Shown here: in pieces, positions 58,338 through 64,000 of the stretch
Layout of the letters: the number at the start of each line of letters is the position of its first letter
Numbering within the stretch: position 1 is the first letter of the stretch
Source of the DNA: a virus
Direction: 5' to 3' (one strand)
Length of the DNA stretch: 64,000 bases
Virus record (IMG/VR): IMGVR_UViG_3300031722_000008
Span: 1-64,000 of that record
The notes under the pieces: model-generated
Told to the model about the DNA's origin: nothing
Seen by the model: the letters and a program-made list of their open reading frames with translations, nothing else
The model's database searches: none
Translations under genes and position numbers: made by a program

Positions 58338-59783
58338 ATGGAGAGAAAATCTATAAAATTAAAGATAGATTCAAAGGAAGAAATAAGGGAAATGTCTATA
58401 GATGAAGTTTATGAACAATTTAAAAACTTCATCTATAAGTCCTGTCAATCATGGCTCAGACAATATGAATTTGATGATTTATGCCAAATTGCATCAATAG
58501 GATTAACAAAAGCTTATAATAAATATGACGTAAGTAAGGATATATTATTCCTAACATATGCAGCAAGAATAGTGCAAAATGAAATTCTCATGTACAATAG
58601 AAAAAATAAAGAGAATTATTTTTGTGATAGCCTTAATAGAACAATACTTGGAAAAGATGATAGTGAGGAAGAGTTACAATCTTTTATTCCTGACAGTATC
58701 AATATAGAAGATGATGTTGTTCAAAAATATCAATGTATTGAATTACAAGAAGTAATAGAGAATCTAACAGATAGAGATAAAGAGATAGTGACAGAGATTG
58801 CTTTTAATGAAAAGACACAGCTTCAATTATCGGAGAAGTTAGGCTTGTCCCAATCTTACGTATCAAGAATATATAGCAGAACATTAAAAACAATAAAGGG
58901 TAGAATGGAGAATGATGATATGCCTCACGAATTAAAAATAACAAGAGAACAATTACTCAAAGATTGCTTAGTTCTTGGCACTAGCAAAACAGCACAACAA
59001 ATAATTGCTGATACTTATGGATTCTCGAACCGATTAACTGTCGGTAATTATATTTCTAAGTTTAAAATAAAGGAGGAAATGGTAAAAATCAAAGAGAAAG
59101 AAATGAAAGATGAGGGGGAGGATATTAAAGTGAGAAAAGAAGATGCAAAAATAACAAGAGAGCAATTACTCAAGGAATGCATGGCTGTCGGAACCAGTTG
59201 GTCATCAGCTAAAAAAATAGCTGATAAATACGGATTGGCTCACGCAACCATAGGTAATTATATCAATAGAATGAAAATCAGAGAAGAAATTGATAAGATG
59301 GATAATAATAAAAAACCTGAAGAAATTGATAAGATGGATAATAATAAAAAACCTGAAGAAAATAATGTAGTTGAGAATCCTATTCTTGATAATAGGATTT
59401 CTAAAGAGATTGTTAGTGATAATATAAAGCTTTCAAAAACAATAAATAGAAATCCTGCGCTATCAAAGGACAATATTGTTATGAGAGACTATAAACCTAA
59501 AACATGGGATGAATACGCGAAAGACCATGATGGCGATGTTCCTAGACAAAAGATTCTGGAGAATAGATCAAAATTAAGATCTATTCTCCGAGGTAATATT
59601 GGTGAATATGATATTACAGGTGAATTGATAGCAGCAAAAATTAATGGTTCTAGTATAATTATAGATGAATCAGAGATACCAGAACTAATCGAAGAACTTC
59701 AAGAATTAATGAAAGCAATGAAAGGTATGGCTTATGTGAACTATCTAAAGAATGATACAGAAAGGAAAGTAAGTAATGATTAG
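58338..59783 (+). CDS. SigE/SigK-like sigma-70 factor fused to a C-terminal region with duplicated HTH-like repeats
   Basis: Region 2 DDL.Q.ASIGL.KA..KYD...FLTYAARIVQNEILMY; region 4 TQ.QLSEKLGLSQSYVSR; two KITREQLLK.C...GT repeats. Confidence 0.85.
   Translation: MERKSIKLKIDSKEEIREMSIDEVYEQFKNFIYKSCQSWLRQYEFDDLCQIASIGLTKAYNKYDVSKDILFLTYAARIVQNEILMYNRKNKENYFCDSLNRTILGKDDSEEELQSFIPDSINIEDDVVQKYQCIELQEVIENLTDRDKEIVTEIAFNEKTQLQLSEKLGLSQSYVSRIYSRTLKTIKGRMENDDMPHELKITREQLLKDCLVLGTSKTAQQIIADTYGFSNRLTVGNYISKFKIKEEMVKIKEKEMKDEGEDIKVRKEDAKITREQLLKECMAVGTSWSSAKKIADKYGLAHATIGNYINRMKIREEIDKMDNNKKPEEIDKMDNNKKPEENNVVENPILDNRISKEIVSDNIKLSKTINRNPALSKDNIVMRDYKPKTWDEYAKDHDGDVPRQKILENRSKLRSILRGNIGEYDITGELIAAKINGSSIIIDESEIPELIEELQELMKAMKGMAYVNYLKNDTERKVSND
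59283..59354 (+). repeat. Perfect 36-bp tandem duplication in the coding region (EEIDKMDNNKKP x2)
   Basis: gaagaaattgataagatggataataataaaaaacct twice. Confidence 0.9.
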
Positions 59784-60330
59784 AAATAAATATGAGAGTG
59801 ATTATGAAATAAAAAGACTTGGATTAAATAGAATGCTAGAGGGAATATTTACAAAAGATTCAAAGACAGAAGACCTTGAAAAGTTCTTAGATGATAATGT
59901 TTTTGAATATTACAATATAAGAGATAAATCAGTATCATCCGGTAAATTCCTATATAAGCTTACTAGAGAAGAAATTCTAGAAGCAAGTAAGAATTACACC
60001 AAGTTTGCAGTTTATGAAAGCCTAGCGTTGGCAGACGATAGATTAGTGCTGCAAGGAGATATAGAAATAGATAAGGATTTTGTTATGAGGGCATCGCTTA
60101 GTGATATAAAGAATATGTCCAATAGACTGGCGATGCAAGAGCCAGTCTATCATATTTATAATCATGATTTGAGAGAGCGAAAAGAACCATCGATATATGG
60201 TCTATCAAAAGTTATAGATTATATAGCCAGTAAAGAATTAATTGGAATGGTGGTAGAGTTTTCCCTATTTGAGATACCAGTTGGAATAAATAGGGAACAT
60301 TTGATAATATGGGAATTAAGAAATTATTAG
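59776..60330 (+). CDS. Hypothetical phage protein
   Basis: 184 aa; ends VEFS...VG.....IIWELRNY. Confidence 0.75.
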   Translation: MIRNKYESDYEIKRLGLNRMLEGIFTKDSKTEDLEKFLDDNVFEYYNIRDKSVSSGKFLYKLTREEILEASKNYTKFAVYESLALADDRLVLQGDIEIDKDFVMRASLSDIKNMSNRLAMQEPVYHIYNHDLRERKEPSIYGLSKVIDYIASKELIGMVVEFSLFEIPVGINREHLIIWELRNY

Positions 60331-60340
60331 GAGGAAACAG

Positions 60341-60664
60341 ATGAAAGAAATTATAAGAATAAAAAGAAGTACGTTCGAAACACGAAGTAAATTCTTAACT
60401 TTGGTTGCTATAGATTCGAACACATTTATATATAAGAAAAGATTTAAATACAAAATTAAAACCTTTTTAAAGGTAATAGGTATGATATTATGGATACCTA
60501 TTAATATACCTTACTCATTAGTAGTGGCAATACTGTTTACTTTGGCTGAATGGTGGGTAGATATGATTGATAGTTTCAGAGGTAATGACATTAAAGAATG
60601 GTGTCAAGATATCAAGTCAGAATTTAAGTCTATTCAAGATTGTATTTTTGAGATTGAAGATTAG
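60341..60664 (+). CDS. Membrane protein
   Basis: Hydrophobic segment VIGMILWIPINIPYSLVVAILF. Confidence 0.7.
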   Translation: MKEIIRIKRSTFETRSKFLTLVAIDSNTFIYKKRFKYKIKTFLKVIGMILWIPINIPYSLVVAILFTLAEWWVDMIDSFRGNDIKEWCQDIKSEFKSIQDCIFEIED

Positions 60665-60673
60665 GAGGAATAA

Positions 60674-60847
60674 ATGGATTGCAATGTTAGCTGTAAATGT
60701 AAAGAATGTGGAAAATTAATGGAATTTGATACCACAAATGAGGCGTTCAATCTACGGATATTGATGAAAGCTTTAGAAGGAATAGGGCATAAATGTATGC
60801 AATGTGCATTGAGAGATTTAAGCATAGAGGCGCAGGAATCAATATAA
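60674..60847 (+). CDS. Small zinc-finger protein (57 aa)
   Basis: Manual ORF after AGGAGG: MDCNVSCKCKECGK...CMQC. Confidence 0.65.
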   Translation: MDCNVSCKCKECGKLMEFDTTNEAFNLRILMKALEGIGHKCMQCALRDLSIEAQESI

Positions 60848-60875
60848 TAAAAGAAATCTAGATGGGGGTAATGGT

Positions 60876-61061
60876 ATGAGAATAATTGTAGGTATGATAA
60901 CAGGGTTAGGAGTAACAGCAGGAATAGTATCAGAGAGAGAAGATGTAAAATTAATAAATAAAGTACAGAAGATAGAGCCAATAAGTGAATCTCAAAGAAC
61001 AGCATATGATGATAAGTTTCAGAGATTATTAGATAGAAGCAAGAGAAATGTAGGGTTGTAA
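60876..61061 (+). CDS. Small membrane-anchored protein
   Basis: IIVGMITGLGVTAGIV; purine-rich. Confidence 0.65.
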   Translation: MRIIVGMITGLGVTAGIVSEREDVKLINKVQKIEPISESQRTAYDDKFQRLLDRSKRNVGL

Positions 61062-61092
61062 AAATAGAGGTGGCTTAGCCACCTCTATTTTT
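61061..61092. terminator. Bidirectional terminator
   Basis: aaaatagaggtggc-tta-gccacctctatttt. Confidence 0.85.
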
Positions 61093-62239
61093 ACCTTTTC
61101 TTTTTTTGTTCATCAAGCATTGATTTTGTTTTCATTCCTGTATTATATTGCATATGAGAAGATGATGCATTCAATGCTCCCCCAGCTACTCCTGTTCCTA
61201 GAGTAGTTAATGCGGTAAGCGCTCTTTCTCCACCTTCTGATACTTTCTTTCCACCGTAATAGTTTTTAGAAAGGTCCTCACCTACATCTTGCAATTTAGA
61301 ATTTATATCTCTAACTCTTTTACCTGAATCAGCCATACCTTTCATGTGATTTAATGCTTCTTCCTGTTCTTTCTTTGATAACCTCTTGCCCTTTTTAGCT
61401 GCATTAAATAGTTGTTCGGCTTTATCTACGCCACCCATTGTTTTATTAGATTCCCTCATTAAATCGCCACCAAGTCCTTGGAATTCGGATAGCTTACCTA
61501 GTGATTTAGTGTATTTCATTACTCTTTTTGGATTAAAGGAATCCATACTTCCTTTTGCCATATTCATAAGATTATGTGATAACCCTGGCATTTTCTTTCT
61601 TACTGCAAGTGCTGCTGCCCCTGTCATTGCTGCTGGCATTAATGCGCCTGTTGCTGCTCCACTAATAAATCCACTGGCGTCTCCTACAGCTTTATGAATC
61701 TTATGATGCTTTTCATTTTGCAGAGAGTTTCTAAATGTACTAACTCCTGTTGGGTCAAACCCCGATACAAAATCTTTCATATATGATGATTCTGCTAATT
61801 TTTCACAAGCTATCTTTTCTATTTGTTCTTTATAATTCATATTTGCCTCCTTATTCATCCAATTATTAAATTTACCTATTTGCTCAATCAAGTGTTTCGG
61901 ATTACCATCAAAGCATACTGCATTATCATCGACATACATTATTGCTGGTGGTTTTTCTTTTGCCACCCCATCTACTTTAATATCATATTTTTCTAGCCAT
62001 TTTTTAATAGCATCTATCCCACCTTTTTGGAAACATCTGGTAGATACAACAACGATTTTATAATCTTGCCTTAATTTATCTATAGCTTCTTTTATTCCCT
62101 CTACTGGTTTATCAGGTATATTGGTTGTTCCTTTCCAACCACTAATATAGGAGTGAATCACTCCGTCAAAATCAAACACTATGGTTTTTTTAGCGCTTGC
62201 TATTTTTTCTATTAATTTCTTATAATTCAACATCATCAA
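61091..62239 (-). CDS. Two-module KxA-tagged protein: HAD-family phosphatase plus hydrophobic module
   Basis: NYKKLIEKIA, then FDFDGV...STR...KP..YVDD (HAD), then KEANMNYKEQIEKIACEKLA, then Gly/Ala-rich helices. Confidence 0.8.
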   Translation of the reverse strand: MMMLNYKKLIEKIASAKKTIVFDFDGVIHSYISGWKGTTNIPDKPVEGIKEAIDKLRQDYKIVVVSTRCFQKGGIDAIKKWLEKYDIKVDGVAKEKPPAIMYVDDNAVCFDGNPKHLIEQIGKFNNWMNKEANMNYKEQIEKIACEKLAESSYMKDFVSGFDPTGVSTFRNSLQNEKHHKIHKAVGDASGFISGAATGALMPAAMTGAAALAVRKKMPGLSHNLMNMAKGSMDSFNPKRVMKYTKSLGKLSEFQGLGGDLMRESNKTMGGVDKAEQLFNAAKKGKRLSKKEQEEALNHMKGMADSGKRVRDINSKLQDVGEDLSKNYYGGKKVSEGGERALTALTTLGTGVAGGALNASSSHMQYNTGMKTKSMLDEQKKKR

Positions 62240-62306
62240 CTCCCTTCCTCCTTAGTATAAAATAAAAATAAGAAATAAGAAAGCTAATAAACTTTCGAAA
62301 TTTATG

Positions 62307-62351
62307 GTATAAGATATTAAAGCAGAAGAGCAACGATATCGTTGCTCTTCT
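62307..62351 (+). promoter_or_regulatory. GTATAAGATATTAAA motif followed by a 28-bp perfect palindrome
   Basis: Motif at 62307-62321; agaagagcaacgat|atcgttgctcttct at 62324-62351. Confidence 0.8.
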
Positions 62352-62374
62352 CTAATTTTATGGAGGTATTAAAA

Positions 62375-62764
62375 ATGGAGAGAGTATCATTCAAAGAAGC
62401 AATAATAGAAAGTGCAAAAGATATGATTACAGATTTTACAGTGGACGGTGAGTGCTCAAATTGTGGTAATTGCTGTACTAATTTACTACCAATGAGCAAG
62501 GAAGAAATAAAGAGAGTCCAAAAGTATGTCACAGATAATAATATAAAGGAGCAGTCCAATATCAATCCATTAGAAAAATATCCACCAATAGATATGGTAT
62601 GTCCTTTCAGAAACAATAAGAATAAGTCTTGCAATATCCATGATGTTAGACCAAAAGTATGTAGAAAATTTATCTGCAACAAACCAGTAGAAGCTAAGAA
62701 AAATAGAGATTTATTCAGCAGAACATTACAGATAATTAATTGCAGAGCTACATTTTTTAAGTAG
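62375..62764 (+). CDS. YkgJ/CxxCxxCC-family Zn/Fe-chelating protein
   Basis: CSNCGNCC...CPF...CNIHDVRP.VCRKF. Confidence 0.85.
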   Translation: MERVSFKEAIIESAKDMITDFTVDGECSNCGNCCTNLLPMSKEEIKRVQKYVTDNNIKEQSNINPLEKYPPIDMVCPFRNNKNKSCNIHDVRPKVCRKFICNKPVEAKKNRDLFSRTLQIINCRATFFK

Positions 62765-62776
62765 GGGGAATTAAAT

Positions 62777-62968
62777 ATGAAATTTGTAGGAATTATAAAA
62801 TTGAAAAATGGACACAATATACCAGTAAAAATAGATGCTGATAATGAAATTAAAGCGAAAGATGAAATTAAGGAAAACATTAGTCAAGTTACTAACCAAG
62901 AAGTAGAAGATATTATTTGTGCGAGTTTAAATTTTGGATTCAATATTATCACAAGGGGGCATCAATAG
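62777..62968 (+). CDS. Small hypothetical protein
   Basis: RBS GGGGG. Confidence 0.6.
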   Translation: MKFVGIIKLKNGHNIPVKIDADNEIKAKDEIKENISQVTNQEVEDIICASLNFGFNIITRGHQ

Positions 62969-62970
62969 AA

Positions 62971-63657
62971 ATGCAATTATATTTATATGATCCAATGAAC
63001 AATGTTAAAACGCCAACCAGCTACAAATTATTATCAGGAATAACAGGAATGAACAAAGGAGATTTAGCAGTCTATAAGTCTAGACGTAATAAGCTTGGAG
63101 CTCTACATCGCTACATTGTTGATGAAAAAACAACCAAAGAAGAACTCTATGAATTAATGCTTAAAGAGAAACCTAAAGATGAAATATGGAAGAATGTTGA
63201 GAATGAATATCAAATAAGTAATTATGGTAGATTCAGAAGATTGTATAAATCTAAAGGACCAAGACTTCTGATGCCATACAGGAAGAAAAATAAGTGGCTA
63301 GTAGTAAAGATACATGGTAAGGAAGTAGAGATTCATAAGTTAGTTGCCCATGCATTCTTAGAAGTTCCTGAGGGCAAATGTATATATCATAAGAATGAAA
63401 ATATTTGGTACAACCATGTAAGTAATATAGGTTTTGCAACAAGAAAAGAACTTGGCGAAATGTTTGGTGGTAGTAGTTCAAAAGGAATCCCTGTATCAAA
63501 GATAGATTTAGATACAGGCGAAGTCTTAGATGAATATGATAACATGGCTGTCGCAGGTAGAGAAAATTATATGAGTAGAGAAGCTATAAGATTGGCCATT
63601 GAGGAAAATAGACCATCTTGTGGATTCGGTTGGAAGAAATGTGCTAATTGGGACTAA
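62971..63657 (+). CDS. NUMOD4/HNH-type homing endonuclease-like protein
   Basis: EIWK.V...YQISNYGR (NUMOD4), HKLVA.AFL, H.N.N...N.VSN, C-terminal NUMOD1-like region (G.GWK). Confidence 0.8.
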   Translation: MQLYLYDPMNNVKTPTSYKLLSGITGMNKGDLAVYKSRRNKLGALHRYIVDEKTTKEELYELMLKEKPKDEIWKNVENEYQISNYGRFRRLYKSKGPRLLMPYRKKNKWLVVKIHGKEVEIHKLVAHAFLEVPEGKCIYHKNENIWYNHVSNIGFATRKELGEMFGGSSSKGIPVSKIDLDTGEVLDEYDNMAVAGRENYMSREAIRLAIEENRPSCGFGWKKCANWD

Positions 63658-63681
63658 GTACCTAGTAAGGAGGAATTAATT

Positions 63682-63924
63682 ATGAAAAAAGATAAAATGT
63701 ATTGTGGTAAGGTATATATTGACGAGGAATTAAAAAATGTTCTGATTGAATATGGGGTAATAATATTAGGTATCTATGACAAGAAACTTAAATGTTATGA
63801 AAATTGTTTGATGTCAATCCCAGTCTTTAATAAGCTAATGTTATTAGCGAAGAAAGGTGCATTATATTTCGACGGTTCTTTAATGGCCAATGTAGATGAG
63901 TTACAAAAACATATTTCTTTATAG
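63682..63924 (+). CDS. Hypothetical protein
   Basis: AAGGAGG RBS. Confidence 0.65.
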   Translation: MKKDKMYCGKVYIDEELKNVLIEYGVIILGIYDKKLKCYENCLMSIPVFNKLMLLAKKGALYFDGSLMANVDELQKHISL

Positions 63925-63938
63925 TATAAGATATTAAA
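63924..63938 (+). promoter_or_regulatory. GTATAAGATATTAAA motif (precedes a partial ORF starting ~63967)
   Basis: Exact copy. Confidence 0.8.
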
Positions 63939-64000
63939 TAAAAATGAGGAAGAGAGTGTGGTAAACATGAAAAAAGAAATAATGATAGTAATAGGAATGG

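Overview
This is a 64-kb segment of a large, AT-rich tailed-phage genome. The host is probably an anaerobic Firmicute (Clostridia-like), judged from strong Shine-Dalgarno sites, class III RNR and a SigE/SigK-like sigma factor. Strand separates function. The minus strand carries the virion genes: prohead protease, scaffold-like protein, portal, GpA-type terminase, a 2,328-aa single-chain beta-beta' RNA polymerase and about 15 proteins punctuated by a shared (Y-K-x-x-I)-E-K-x-A motif, plus a tRNA/ncRNA array. The plus strand carries replication, nucleotide-metabolism and early genes (HU, SSB-like, nrdD/nrdG, thyX-like, RuvC-like, DinG, dCMP deaminase, alpha-amylase, sigma, HNH). Many of these lie behind a 15-bp motif, GTATAAGATATTAAA (12 exact copies and 3 variants found by eye, all on +). 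Main candidate novelties: (1) an EKxA tag/cleavage code that separates enzyme and membrane modules in probable capsid-packaged polyproteins; (2) a fused bacterial-type RpoBC lacking the beta' zinc-binding domain, with a putative cognate promoter; (3) tRNA-like genes with intact acceptor/D/T arms but rebuilt anticodon arms; (4) a probable -1 programmed frameshift after the terminase-adjacent gene; (5) an iteron-like origin or pac region. All calls are from motif reading by eye; no database searches were run.
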